This document shows, piece by piece, positions 1-15,450 of a stretch of 64,000 nucleotides of DNA. Source of the stretch: Octopus vulgaris (Eukaryota); NCBI GenBank assembly GCA_951406725.2, contig OX597823.1, positions 53,630,001 through 53,694,000 of the forward strand, given 5' to 3'. The notes beneath the pieces were generated by a model that saw only the letters and a program-made list of their open reading frames with translations, had not been told where the DNA came from and did no database searches. Made by a program: the position numbers and the translations under genes. Each line of letters begins with the position of its first letter. Position 1 is the stretch's first letter.

Positions 1-221
1 GAAAATTTCTCTTCCACTTTGAAACATATTTTAAATAATTTTTTTCTATTTTTTTTACCTCAATTTTTACAGCTATTATTGTATTTCATTCTAGTAACAT
101 TAAACCAGTTTGTTTTCATGACATTTACTTAATTATTCAAAATAAAGCATAAATTAATCAGAAGATTCCTTGTACAATTTTACAGTAATTTATGAAAGCA
201 TCAGATTTAAGAATTAGACAA

Positions 222-690
222 ATAGGCATAGCAGTGTGATAAGAAGTTTGAAGTTTGCTTTCCAACCACGTGGTCCCAGGTTCAGTCCCACTGTGCAACA
301 TTTTGGGCAAGTGTCTTCTACAATAGCCTCGGGTCAACCAAAGGCTTGTGAGTGAATTTGGTAGACAAAAACTGAAAGAAGTTCATCATACTTTTATTAA
401 AAAATTCAATATTCATATTTACACACACACACACACATATATATGTGTGTGTGTGTGTGTGTGTATAAATATATATATATATATAAGTTCAGCAAAATTT
501 AGATTCAAATGAATATGGTACTTAAGTCAGATGCATCAGAATTTTGTACAGTGTTATCCATATAAATCCATGGGGTGATTATAATCAAAGTAAGCAACAA
601 GATTATATTCGGTAATTTGGTACGATCGGTAATTTTGTAGCGTGAAACGATCGTACCAAATTACCGAAGATATTCTTGTTGCTTACTTTG

Positions 691-760
<70 letters not shown>

Positions 761-1040
761 TGTATGTATGTATGTATGTATGTATGTATGTATATGTATA
801 TTTGTATGTATGTGTGTGTGTGTCTTAGTGTCTGTGTTTTTTGCTACCACTGTTTGACAATCAGGGTTGGTGCGCTTTTGTCTCTATAACTTAGCAGTTT
901 AGCAAAAAATAATGATTCAATAAATACCAGAACGATACTTAACAACAAAGAAAGAATAAGTACTGGGATCAATTCATTCAACAAAAAAAAATTGTCTAGG
1001 CAGTGCCCCAGCATGGCCATCCACAGTCTACTGAACTAAA
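222..1040 (+). mobile_element. Family-1 SINE interrupted by microsatellites and a fold-back insert
   Basis: Head at about 222-385 and tail at about 825-1040 match the family; the internal (TA)n hosts the 581-695 hairpin. Confidence 0.7.
581..695. repeat. Fold-back inverted repeat (~48-bp arms)
   Basis: 581-628 is the reverse complement of 648-695 with few mismatches. Confidence 0.9.
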
Positions 1041-1270
1041 ACAAGGAAAAAGATAAGAGATAACAGTTAAGAGATAGCAATAGATCCTTGAGATACTCCA
1101 CATACTAACCGATTGAGTGTTTAGCCCATGAATGACCCTTCTTGAATTCTTTGATCTCTCAACTGATTCTCCAAAAATACCAGTTTCTTTTCAAATGATT
1201 TTAAATTTCTATATAATTAGTTAACAAATTATATCCCTTCATTCTGTAATATCTATATTCATTCATTCAT

Positions 1271-1396
<126 letters not shown>

Positions 1397-2342
1397 TGAC
1401 AGTTAGATAGATTGGTGAACCAATCAAGGAGTCTAAATGTGGTCGGTCATTATACGAGAGGCAGTGGACAAATTTTAATAAAGGGATACATTAAATAATA
1501 TTGCAACAGATAAACACTATCTGAAAAAGAAAATTTAATCCTCGATCAAGTCAGCACAATTAAATACTGATCTGGAGTTAAACAGCAGCAAAAAACAGCA
1601 ACAGCAGCAATTACAATAACAGAGATATGTAGAGGATTTTTAAGAATTTTGTTTCTATGAGAATTTCGCTCCCTTCCACAGTATTCAATTAGCTGCCAAA
1701 TTATTGCTGTTTTTGAATGCCTGTTTGCTCACCATTAGAATTTCTGTCATGCATAGAGGAAGCAGGCTTCTAAAATTCAACTCACTGTAGCAGGAACACC
1801 CAGAGTTTCTACTGCTGGAAGTGGGTGTTGTCAATTTCAGGCAAAAATGCATTAAAATTTCAAATGCATTCTATTTAACTGTTTCTCTTTATCACTCAGT
1901 GTATCGCTCTCTCTTTCTTATTCTTTCTCTCCTCCTCCCTTTCTCATTCTCTCTGTCTCCTCTCTATCTCTTACCATTTCTTTCTGTACATATTTGTATA
2001 CACACACACACACACACACTTATATATTATACCAAAATACATACACATACACAAACACATACACAGACACACACATACATATATCTTTCAGGAAAATCTT
2101 TGATTTTGGACAAAAGAGGAAACCTCAAATTGTGAGAAATCTCTTTTAAAAGATGAACACATAAGTTGTCCTTCATATAACTTACAAAAGGCAACTTGGA
2201 TATGACAGGAATATCTTCATTGGTGATATCTGCTGCTCAGTCATGGCTGATTTGGCAAAGCAATAAAGTTAATCAACAAAATATTGAAATTTTCTAATTC
2301 AGGAGTAAAATGGAATACTTTTTGTTTGTCATTTGATTGAAT

Positions 2343-2546
2343 CCTTTAGCATCCAGAATATTCCATCAAATGCAATGCTTATTTATTCACATTGTTTTGA
2401 ATTAATCATCCATTATTTTGTAATTTTATAATTTCAATGAGTGATTGTGTATTTTTAGAATGACACTGTAGGGTAGGTGTGAAAGGCCAGATCATAAAGC
2501 ATGTAGAAAATTTGGGTTGGATATAGCTAGTTTAAATGCTAAAGGG
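2343..2546. mobile_element. piggyBac-like MITE
   Basis: cctttagcat ... atgctaaaggg|ttaa termini. Confidence 0.55.
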
Positions 2547-2919
2547 TTAAAAGAGAAAATTGTAACTATTGTTGTTGTTGTTATTAAGTCCTAAATCAGC
2601 CCTGCCAGTCAAGCGGGCCTGTGATCAATGACAAGGGAGCCATGACAAACTTGTCTTTTAAATATTTTTCAAGGACACTGTACATCTAACACTATATTAC
2701 ATAATGGACAGATCCAGTTTTTCAGACAATAGCGAAGGATATGAGAGAGATTTGGTAACTATTCTACTATTTCTAGCATGTGATGCGACTAGTAGAACAC
2801 CTGTAATTGGCTCCTTATACACGTGTGTCTGTGTGTGTTTAGATAGAAAGGGAAATAAAAAGAGAGAGAGAGACAAAGAGAGATAAATACAGATGCATGT
2901 GTTTACATATGTGTGCATG

Positions 2920-2960
<41 letters not shown>

Positions 2961-3542
2961 ATGTAAAAATATCATGGCCACAGCCTTAGGGCTGAAATGT
3001 ATAAAAGAATAAAATACAATACACAAGCACACATACACACGCACACACACGCACACACACACATATACATACACACACATATATATATATGTATATATAT
3101 ATACACACACATACACCATACATAGAGGGAGAAAGAGAGAGAAAGAGAGGTAGAAATAAAGAAAAAGAGAGGGGGAAAGAGAGAGAAAGAGAGGGAAATA
3201 AACAGACAGACAGCCAGACAGACGGACAGATGCCGGAATGTTTGATTAGACAGACAGATAGATAGATAGATAGATAGATAGATAGGTAGGAAAAATTACA
3301 GATGATATTATACATATAGAGAGAGCATGATGCATGTGCGTGCGTGTGTGTGTGTGCATGTGTGTAGCCATGTAACAAAAATTGTCAGCACAACTGTATT
3401 TCTGTCTTGATGAAAAAGAGTACTCTCATTACTATTGTTATTGCTTTTAATTTTACATATAAAATTCTTAGACATGGTTTTGTAATCTTAGTGACACACA
3501 TGCATTTAAATTCACGTATGAATGTACATCTGTGCGTTTGTG

Positions 3543-3577
<35 letters not shown>

Positions 3578-3579
<2 letters not shown>

Positions 3580-3975
3580 TCATCATCATCGTTTAACGTC
3601 TACTTTCCATGCTAGCATGGGTTAGACGATTTGACTGAGGTCTGGCGAACCAGATGGCTGCACCAGGCTCCAATCTGATCTGGCAGAGTTTCTACAGCTG
3701 GATGCCCTTCCTAACGCCAACCACTCTGAGAGTGTAGTGGGTGCTTTTACGTGCCACCAGCACAAGGGCCAGTTAGGTGATGCTGGCAACGGCCACGCTC
3801 AAATGGTGCTTTTTATGTGCCACCTGCACAGGAGCCAGTCCAGCGGCACTGGCAACGACCTCGCTCGAATATTTTTTTTCTTTTCATGTGCCACCAGCAC
3901 AAGTGTTGGTAAGGTGATGCGGGTAACGATCACACTCAAATGGTGTTTTTAACGTGCCATCGGCACAGAGGCCCC
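3578..3975 (-). mobile_element. Family-3 retroposon 3' end with (GAT)n tail
   Basis: catcatcgtttaacgtc..ttccatgctagcatgggtt..ctggatgcccttcctaacgccaacc; matches 13920-14150 (opposite strand) and 45835-46080. Confidence 0.75.
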
Positions 3976-5048
3976 TTGTAAATTACATATACATATACAC
4001 ACACACACACATACACACATATATACATATGGATACACATTATATATATATATAAAATATTTATATATAGTTTTGTATGTATGTTGCCACATCACTATCA
4101 TTATCATCATTTTAATATCCACTTTTCTATGCTTACATGGATGAGATGAAATTTGTTGAGAGATTTTCTGCAGTTAGATGCTCTTCCTGTGTCCGTGTAT
4201 ATATATATATATACACACACACATTCACACATGCATACAGACACACACATACACACACATGACAAGCTTCTGCATACAACCCACCCATCTAGCAAATTCA
4301 CTCACAAGACATTGGCCAGCCAGAGGCTACAATAGAGAATTGTGTCCGATAGTATCATTCACTGGAACTGACCTCAAAGCACCCTTCTTAGCACATGGCC
4401 ATGCCAGTGCATCATTTAAAAAAACAGGCAAGGAAAAACCAATTTTCGCAACTCCGAGCATGCTACCATTCCATCTCTGTTAATAAATCTAATAGACAAC
4501 CAGACTACAGGTGGATATGCAAATTCAACGCTGCCTTCAGTGAAACACTTTTGTGACATAAGGTCAACTAAAGTACATCTGAACTTAACTCAATCCTTTC
4601 ATTCAAAGGTGTTTTTTTTTTATTTAATTATTTCACAAAAACAACTGTAGAAACAAAAAAAATTGAAAAAAACAACAACACTGATAAAAGCTGAAACTAC
4701 TGTAATTACTAGTACTAGTAATACTACAACTGATATTACTACTGCTGGTGTAACTCTTCAGAAAAATGGGGAATTAACTCTCAGATATTTTGTCTTTCAC
4801 TCAGATGGCATGCAAGTACAGGATTTATTGTACACAAAGTTATACACACACACGCACACACACACACAGATGCATACCACATATAACATATATGCATTCA
4901 CGCACACATACTCACACATACATGTATGTATATAGATAGATAGATAGATATATAGATAGATAGATACACACACACACACACATATATATATATACATCTT
5001 TATATATATATGCATATACAGACAGTTATATATACACACAAACACACA

Positions 5049-5085
<37 letters not shown>

Positions 5086-6774
5086 CATGTATATTCTCAG
5101 TAGTTGTCTATAAGTCAGAAGAAATAGCACACTCTGTACAAGTAATAGAGTGATTATATTTTTATATATCAAGCAATCATCAACGTCGTCATCATCTTCA
5201 TCATCATCATCATTGTTTATATATATATAATTGGTCAGAATGTTACTATTGTTTTTTGCACCAACTATTGCACCTAAGTAATATTGGTTTTAAATTTTAG
5301 TACAAGGTCAACAATTTCCGGTGACAGGGGAAAGCTGATTACATTCACCCTAGTATTCAACTGGTCCAATAGTTGACGTGAAACATCGATGATGACATCC
5401 TGACCAGTCATATCTTGCCTGACAATACATATATAGATATACACATATATATATTTATATATATATTATATTATATTATCTAGTATATATATATATATAT
5501 GGGAACCTAAAATGAGTTACTTTGAATAACAGAGCCCCTGTCTTTATTTTACAGACAATTTTCACCAGATTAATTTTCAGGAAGAATTAAAGAAAACAAA
5601 AATAGTTTTAGTAAAGGAATTTGTTTATATATATAAAGATACATATGATAACATTAGTTTGGAAAAGTGAATACAATTTTCATAAAGTTTATTTTAATTA
5701 GATTTCATTACATAATTTCTTAGGATGGTGATCTATCAGAATTATAAGCATGTCAGAAAATAAATCTTTTGCAACATTTCTTTTGGCACTTTATGTACTG
5801 AGTTCAAATTCTGTTGAGATCAACTTTGCTTTTCCCCTTTCTTGGGCCACTGTATTTGACTTGACCCTTCTCTTAAAAACTGCTAACTCAGTGCCGAAAT
5901 TTGAAGGAATTATATAAATCCTTATTCAGAGGAGCCCAAAAAATTTTCAGAGAAACCTGAGTGTCCTTATAACCAGACTTTTTAAAACAGTTCTAGGGCA
6001 CCAATACTAAAGTTGTAAAGAGTATTCATTTTCCTTCCTTTACATTCCAAGTTCACATCCCAATACAGAAACCAACAATGCTTTGGGCCTTCATTCAATA
6101 AAATACATGCAAATATCTACAGGCCTACATTCCACTGACCCACCCATACATAATCTTCCCTCACCCCACTACATCTAAATTCTGTGAATATTGAAATAAT
6201 ATATGAAATATATATATTTTTCTATTTTATTTCATGAAAACTATGTCTATTATTCCCTTATCACTCCTTTTCTACCAATCAAATAGAACAATTGATTATT
6301 TTAATGAAATGCTCACAAATTAAGCATTGCTATATTGCCTAGTGTATACTCATTAAGAAATGATGTGTCATATAATTGTTTTTCTTCAATAAACTATCTT
6401 CTATATATTATGGAAATATTATTAACCCGAATCAACCTTTACGTTGTTTACCATAAATTATTGTAGATTCAGAGGCTTTTAGTTCCTATTATAGGCAAGT
6501 TTTTGTTTTGTTTTATAGGTAGAAAGTAATGAATTAATAAGGAAAAGTGTATGATTAATTTAATTAATTATTCTCAAAATATCACTGGAGCTTATTTTGG
6601 TGTAAGCATTTAGAATAAGTTAAGCCAATGCTAGCATGAACATTTTCTAATACACACACGTGCACACACACACACAAACATACATACATACATAAAATTA
6701 TACATGTCATTATATATATGATTATGTATATGTAAATTATATATATATACTAAGTTATATATATGCATCCATAT

Positions 6775-6874
<100 letters not shown>

Positions 6875-7067
6875 ATACATGCATACATACAGACACATAT
6901 ATAATACATATATAGATATATATATATTACATAAAGATATATCTATTATATAAATGCCTAATATATTTTATATTATATTCTACATATATATATAGATAGA
7001 TATAAATATATATATAAAGACATATTTATGAGAATATATATATATACATACATTCACATATATGTAT

Positions 7068-7116
<49 letters not shown>

Positions 7117-7655
7117 ACACTCATATACATCTATTTTTATATATATGTATATACATGCATCCATACATCTGTAATGATAAATGTATAAATACATATGACG
7201 ATAACTATACGCACACACACATGATTGAATGCCTTTCAAAGCTGAAGTTCATTCAAGCTGGTGATAGGCTTTACTTGATATGAGTGAAAGCAGCATCTGT
7301 TATCAAAGCTGGATTAAACATAATACAAAATAAAGGCCATGCTTGGGGAGCATGACTGGTTCTTTTTTTTTTTTTCCAGTGGTAGAATATCATGACATCA
7401 ATATATAAAAGATATGTCATGCTAATCACAATAGGCATTATATTGATACACATATATACATATATATGTGTGTACGTGTGTGTGTGTCTATGTATATGAA
7501 TATGTGTGTATGTGTGGTTGTATGTGTATTATATTTATGTAAATTAATACATTTATATATAATTTAATTCATTTAAACTGAAGTGTCATGTACATTTACT
7601 TTATATATATATATATATATTTATTTATTTATACATATATATTTGTATATATGTG

Positions 7656-7726
<71 letters not shown>

Positions 7727-7773
7727 AGCAATAATAAATCTCTGAACGTGGTATAGACAGTAACACGACAATG

Positions 7774-7972
7774 TGAGGTATATTTGCCATCTAAATATGG
7801 CTAACCACTAAGGGTGGATGTTAATGTAGCTTGTAGCCCCAGGAGAACAAATACCGATAGGGCACAGAAAGTGTGCCTATAGCCAGCTGGAGGAGATGTT
7901 CTCCTGGGGCTACAAGCAACAGTAACATCCACCCTTAGTGGTTAGCCATATTGAGATGGCAAATATACCTCA
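7774..7972. repeat. Fold-back inverted repeat (~76-bp arms)
   Basis: 7774-7849 versus 7897-7972. Confidence 0.9.
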
Positions 7973-8021
7973 TATATATATATATATATTTATACATAAA
8001 TATATTTGTATATGTGTGTAA

Positions 8022-8120
<99 letters not shown>

Positions 8121-8376
8121 TTGAAAATGCACTGAGAATAGTTAAAACGTTTTTTTTTATTATACTTTAAAGATTCAACTAGGTTCACAGTTTACACTGA
8201 TTTTCAAATGGTTGGAATAGAACGCTGTGGCTTATGTCGCAACTTCTGACTAGTGTGTGAAGCTTGTCTTATTTTTATAAGGAGCTCATGGCTCAAATTA
8301 GTATATGTTTTGGATGGGACTTGATTGGTAGAGGATAGTCACATGACTGGTCTTAGAAATTTTTTTAGGTCCCTGC

Positions 8377-8417
<41 letters not shown>

Positions 8418-8934
8418 GTGTGTGTGCATGTATACATGTATATATGTGTGTATATATTTACTCACACACATGCATGCATATAAACCATTTATCTATATGC
8501 ACACACATATGCATTCTCACACACATAGATAAATGCTTTTTCCAAATGGAAAACACAGGTGTTTGTTCTAAAGTCCATTTTTCATCCCTCACATCATTAT
8601 CTGACAATTTTTTTCCTGTCTCATGATTCCAAGATTCTTCTCTATGCATGCTGTCAAATACCGACTAAAAAAATCATTATGATTGAAATCTTATGAATGT
8701 TTTGCCAAAGAACAGGATTTGCTAACTTTTCAAGAATATATCTCAATAAAAGACACTATATAATAACAACAGCAATAAAAAAAGAAAAATAATAATAATA
8801 ATAATAATGCTTTCGTTATGTACATTAATATATATGCCTATAATATATGTTTATGTGTATGTATGTGTATATATACATATATATATATATATATACATAC
8901 ATTATATATATATATATATCTATATATACATACA

Positions 8935-9001
<67 letters not shown>

Positions 9002-9126
9002 ATTTATTTATTTATTTATTTATATATATATATATATATAAAATGTGCTTAAATAAATATATATAAATGTATATACATATATGTGAATATATATATGTGT
9101 GTGCCTGTGTGGTGTATGTGTGTATG

Positions 9127-9206
<80 letters not shown>

Positions 9207-9214
9207 TGATGGAC

Positions 9215-9257
9215 GCCTCTGATGAGAAGCCAATAAGGTTAGAAAATCGATTAAGGT
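9215..9257 (+). ncRNA. Degenerate minimal hammerhead ribozyme motif
   Basis: gcct-CTGATGA-ga-agcc-aataa-ggtt-a-GAAA-a-tcga-t-TA-aggt: helix I gcct/aggt, palindromic aatcgatt, imperfect base of helix II. Confidence 0.5.
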
Positions 9258-9329
9258 TTTGCTTCATTTTTGTTCAGTCTGTGGAGAAATGGCTAAAATT
9301 TGCCCGATTTATAATTATACCATATGTTA

Positions 9330-9394
<65 letters not shown>

Positions 9395-9890
9395 ATGTAT
9401 ATATGTATATATGTATAACTATGTGTTTGTGTGTTTGAATGATTTTAAATGAATTAGACTTCAACTCCCAAAGTCATATCTCAATCCAAGGAACTGGCGT
9501 TGACTAATGTTTGAGCGTTTAGTATTTAACACTTAAAAGACTTGCTTTAGAGCTGATGGCACAAGAAAATGTGCTCAGTCTATTCAACACCAAAGTTGAC
9601 CAGTTTTTTTTCAGTGTGTGTGTGTGTATGTGTGTGTGTGTGTGTTTGTGTGTATGTGTGTGTAAGATGTTGCAGACCACAGTGACCTTTTCATCCCCAT
9701 GGTAGCATGGATCATGATGTCATGGATGATTATGATGAAGATTATGATGATGATGATGCTGACGATAAGAATGAAGATGATGATGTTGCATTTGTGTATT
9801 GGTGTGTATTACTATCATATATTGGTGGTTGTGGCAATATATATATGATGATGATGATATGAGGAGGAGGAGGAGGAGGAGGAAAGATGA

Positions 9891-9950
<60 letters not shown>

Positions 9951-10150
9951 CATGTAAACACATGTTTGTGTGAATATAATATATGTAATTGCATGTGCAC
10001 ATATGACCATGCATAAGTGTGTGTGTTTATATATGTATATATGTATGTATTTATGCATATATGCATGCATATATATATAAACATATACATTTATACATAC
10101 ACATACATATATATACATAGAGAGAGAGAGGTATATATATATATACATAT

Positions 10151-10453
<303 letters not shown>

Positions 10454-11714
10454 TAAATATATATGTAATTATATGTATTCATGTATATTTATAAATGCAT
10501 ATAAGTATGTGTATTTATATGTACATATACAGGCATATATTATGTGTGTGTGCATATATGTATGTAAGCACATACTTATGAGTATATATATGTATATATA
10601 TCGGCATATGTGTGTTTATCCATGCATACATATTTATGAATGATTGTTTCATAGAATCCGTGTATACCTCAGTGTGTGTGTGTATGTGTGTATGAGAGAA
10701 TATAATAAACGTGTTTGTTCATGCATGCGATCAAATAATGTTTGCATAAGCGAGTTTGCGTGTGTGTGTGTGTGTGTGTGTGTAGGTGTAAATTTTATGA
10801 AAGGTGTATGTATGTTGTATGGATGTATATGATGAGGGAGAGAGGGAGGGAGAAGGTGAGAAACTGAAAGATTATTTAATAAACTTGTGTACGTACGTTT
10901 TATGAGTGTATGTGAGCGTGTGACAGAGAGAGAGAGAGAGAGAGAGAGAGGCAGACAGATAGACAGAGAGTAACGGAGGGAGGTAATGTGTGTGCGTGTG
11001 TAAATCATGTGTGAGTGCATGTATATGTATAAACGTGTGCCTGTGTTTGTGTGTGTGTGTGAAACGAGTACACGCGTGCGTGTGTTCGTGTACGTGTGTA
11101 CTATATATGTGCTTGATTGAGCAAATGCTTGAATGAATAAGCTAATAATATGTGTGTATTTGTTTGAACGTATGCAAGTGTAATTATTAATGTATGTTTG
11201 CCTCCCCTCTCCCCCTCTCTCTCTCTCTGTCTATCTTTCTCTCTCTCTCTTTCTCTGCGTGCGTTCACACGTGTATGTGTGTACGTGTGCGTGCGTGCAG
11301 TGTGCGTCTGTATGTGTTTGTGAAAACGCGGATGTGTGAAAGCTTTTATATATACGTGTATGCGTGTGTGTGTGTGTCTTTATTCACTTTGTTTACATGT
11401 GTGCTTCTGTGAATCTGTCCGTAAATATGAATGTATGATGTATACACATTTATGTGTGCGGTGTCTGTGTGAGTGGGTGTATAGACTGGAGGGAGGCGAT
11501 GCGGTGGAGGCTGGAGGGCGGATCTGGTAGTTGTTTCAGTGGCGGTTCAGAGTTCATCTCTTAATTACAATGGTAGGCAATTAAGTGGTTGCACAGGCTC
11601 CTCCCACCACCTTTATCATTGTTATGAAGACGATGTAAAGGGATTGTTTTCTCCTCCTCCACACGCACAACTCTCACGTCCTCAGACTTGAAGAGGAGGA
11701 GGTGACATCTCTAT

Positions 11715-12175
11715 GTGGCCGCTTGATCTGTTAGAAATAACAGTCAAATCTCCCTCATATTACATCCAGCCTCATTAGAAAAGGACAAATGTCTCTTAAA
11801 TTACATCCTACCGTATTAAGAAAGGACATTAGATTATGTGATCTTCGGTTCCTTGCACACGGGATGGTCACGGTTGGAAAGCATTTGACCACAGATCTGC
11901 TCGATTACAACTAATCTGAGGCTAAACAACAGTAACAACAGCAACTCTTATTTCCATATGCCGATGGTGGCGTCACTTCACGTGCTCACTCAAAATGCTA
12001 GAAATACCAGCAAAACTTTTTCACATTATACCCTACCTCCTTAAAAAAAGGAACAACTGTTTGTCCGAATAATGTATTCCTAAATACAGTGTGCCTTAAA
12101 CAAAGACTGGATGGTCATAGCCGGAACACATTTGATCATAGATTTATTTAACAAGGGATTAAACAGCAGCAACAA
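11715..12175 (+). repeat. Two tandem copies of a dispersed ~220-bp repeat (tagaaatagcagccaaatctccct family; also near 45590, 54180-54520, 57130)
   Basis: Shared motifs agaaata(a/g)cag.caaatctccct, acatt(a/g)gata, gatggtca and aacaacaac tails. Confidence 0.6.
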
Positions 12176-12376
12176 CTATCAGCTCCTTCAAAATCATTAA
12201 TCACATTTCTACCATCAGTCGCATTTCAACCATCATTCATAATGCATAATTTCCACCTTCAGTCATAAATCCCACTTCTACCATCAGTCATATCTTTTAA
12301 CTCCATCATTGTCACAGTACCCACCTCAACATATAACCATAACTCCACCTTCAGTCCAAACCCTAAGACCAACTTT

Positions 12377-12421
<45 letters not shown>

Positions 12422-13247
12422 CACACACATACATAATACACTGTTCCATGATGGTAAGATCAACAAAAAAAACGTGCTCCAGCTGGTGAGAGATAAATGA
12501 TATATAATAAACACAATATATGTCTTTATGTGTGACTATCAGTTTCATGTGATGAGAGCATACCAGACAGTATTTGTGTCACGTTGGGTTTCCTAGTACA
12601 ATCTTCAGGCAAAGTAGGTAGGTATGTATGTATGTATGTATATACACACACAAACTTATAACCATATAATTTATACATACCGACAATCATATGTACATAC
12701 ATGTAAATATGTGCACACATAAACATATGCATGTATGTGTGTGAGTGTGTCTGTCTGAATGCAAATATATATATGTACTTGTATAACATACACACTTACA
12801 TGCTTATATACATACATTCACACACACACACACACATACACATATACAAATGTATGTGTGTGTAGGTATATGTGTGTGTGTGTTTGTATGTGTGTATATG
12901 TATACAAGCACACACATACATCAGGTATAGCTATGTTGGGGGTGAAGCTGTTGTAAGCAAGTCAGTTAAAATATTTTATTCAAGACTTGACTTTTATATA
13001 TAAAGATAGGAACCACAATACCCTGCCTCTAAGCAGAGTGAGTGGTCAGGACTTGGACTCTACCGTCATATTAATTTAACCAGTCTAACTCATACAATGA
13101 ATATCTTTTTTTTTTCAAGCAATAGCATATGAATAATACAGTTAAATGTCTTGCCCAAGGATGCATGACGGTTTCTGCAGCAGACTGCCTGTTCACAAAT
13201 TTTAATCACAAACAATTAAGCTTTACATTCAGTCCTTCTACGTAAGT

Positions 13248-13278
<31 letters not shown>

Positions 13279-13919
13279 TATATATAAGTGTGTGTGTGTG
13301 TGTAAGTATGTATGTATATATATACATATATGTATATGTGTATATATATATACATACAATACATATATACATATGTACACACATGTAGTTATGAATTACA
13401 AATATATATGTGTGATGTAAGTATATGTAGTTATAAATTTTAAAATTCTAGGTTATTTTTGAAATTAATTGTATCATATAGAATTTATTGAACTTCATTA
13501 AGAATATGTGCATGAATGGATTAAATGTGAAATCTCCTACAATAGTATGTATTTAGACTGACAAAATGGCTGAAAGAAAATACTTCAGGACAGCATTCTG
13601 CATACTTAATATAAATAAAGTCTGGTCACACCTATGTAATAGAATTAATAGAAAAACATTGGTCATCTGAGATTATTCAAAGAAATATTAAACAAAAACT
13701 CCCTCAAAGGCATTTAAAAATTTAAAACAACAGACAAGGGAGCAGGGAGATAACTTCAATAAGACTGGTTGATCGAAGTTTTCGAATGATGTAGGCAATG
13801 CATATTAGAATGGATTTGTTCTTTAATGCCAATAAATGAAAGCAACAGATGTATTTCTTCATTATTAGTCATCTTCAGTGAAAAATAGTCTAAGAAACTC
13901 AGTTGGCAAGACAAAGAGT

Positions 13920-14150
13920 AGTGGTACGTAAAAAGCACCATCCGATCGTGGCCGTTTGCCAGCCTCGTCTGGCACGTAAAAAGCACACACTACACTCACG
14001 GAGTGGTTGGCATTAGGAAGGGCATCCAGCTGTAGAAACACTGCCAGATCAGACTGGGCCTGGTGCAGGTTTCTGGCTTCCCAGACCCCAGTTGAACCGT
14101 CCAACCCATGCTAGCATTGAAAGCGGACATTAAACGATGATGATGATGAT
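13920..14150 (+). mobile_element. Family-3 retroposon 3' end
   Basis: ggaagggcatccagctgtagaaac..aacccatgctagcat..ttaaacgatgatgatg. Confidence 0.75.
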
Positions 14151-14165
14151 ATATATATATATATA

Positions 14166-14340
14166 AGGCGGTGAGCTGGGCGAAATGCTTAGCGATATTT
14201 CGTCATTATGTTCTGAGTTCAAATTCCGCCGAGGTCGACTTTGCCTTTCATCCTTTCGGGGTCGATTAAATAAGTACCAGTTACGCACTGGGATCGATAT
14301 AATCGACTTAATCTGTTTGCCTGTCCTTGTTTGTCCCCTA
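14166..14340 (+). mobile_element. Short SINE (family 2)
   Basis: ggcggtgagctgg..aaatgcttagc..ttctgagttcaaattccgccgaggtcgactttgcctttcatcctttcggggtcg..aagtacc; recurs many times in the window. Confidence 0.8.
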
Positions 14341-15028
14341 GGTGTTTGGAAAACGGACGCTAAATGATGATGATGATGATGATGTATGTATGTATGTATG
14401 TATGTATGTATGTATTTATGTATGTATGTATGTAAATGATGTTTATTAACGTCAACAATACGACCCAGGAAATTGGAATTTGTCTATTAGTCACCTGTCT
14501 TATTTCCTAAAACACATCGTATACACTTTCATAAAAGAACTTCTCTAATTTTTATATGTCATTTCATGGACCTAAATATGTGTAGTACTTGAACTAAGTA
14601 CTTTCATGACAATATCTAAGTACTTCACATCCAAGGGGTATTGAGAAATTAAAATAGATCTAGTAATTAATTAATTAATTCCGATAGACAACATAAAACC
14701 TATAGTCCGAGGATTTGAAACTATTTCAAAACTTAATCTAAGTGCGGTTAGAAATTATTTAAAAATGGAATAAAAAGAAAGGGAATTAGAATTGTATCTA
14801 GCTGAAGACTGCTAGTCATCAAAACAACTTCATTGCATAAATTTTCTCTTTCAACAATTATTAACTGTGGCATAATTCTGTGTATAAAACACATCTTTAT
14901 TTAGTTTTTCATTACAAGCAAGATTAAAATTAGAGATACATACACAATATGAGGTCACAAAGTTCTTCTCCACCAACTTTTATAAGGAAAAAATCACAAT
15001 AGCATAATAAATTTTTTTTAGACAATTT

Positions 15029-15069
<41 letters not shown>

Positions 15070-15411
15070 AATAAATTTTATACAAAATAAAATATTAAAA
15101 AACTAATATATTGAATTATAGCAGGTTATCTATACTTGCAGTAGCTATGCAATATTGTTGTACATATTAATCATTTTTAAGACTATTTAGAATCAAAAAT
15201 CAAAATGCCAACAGCTTGCATCAACCCAAATCTCTCAACGTCTTCCAACAGGCAGCAAACAGAAATTTGAAACAGACAAAATCGCAATGCTTTTACCTCC
15301 CCTGAGAACTTCAAGACCTGTCTGGTTTGAGTACCTGAAATAGTGGTATGTATGTGTATTTGTGTGCACATATATACATATATATATATAAATATATATA
15401 TGATGATGATG

Positions 15412-15450
<39 letters not shown>

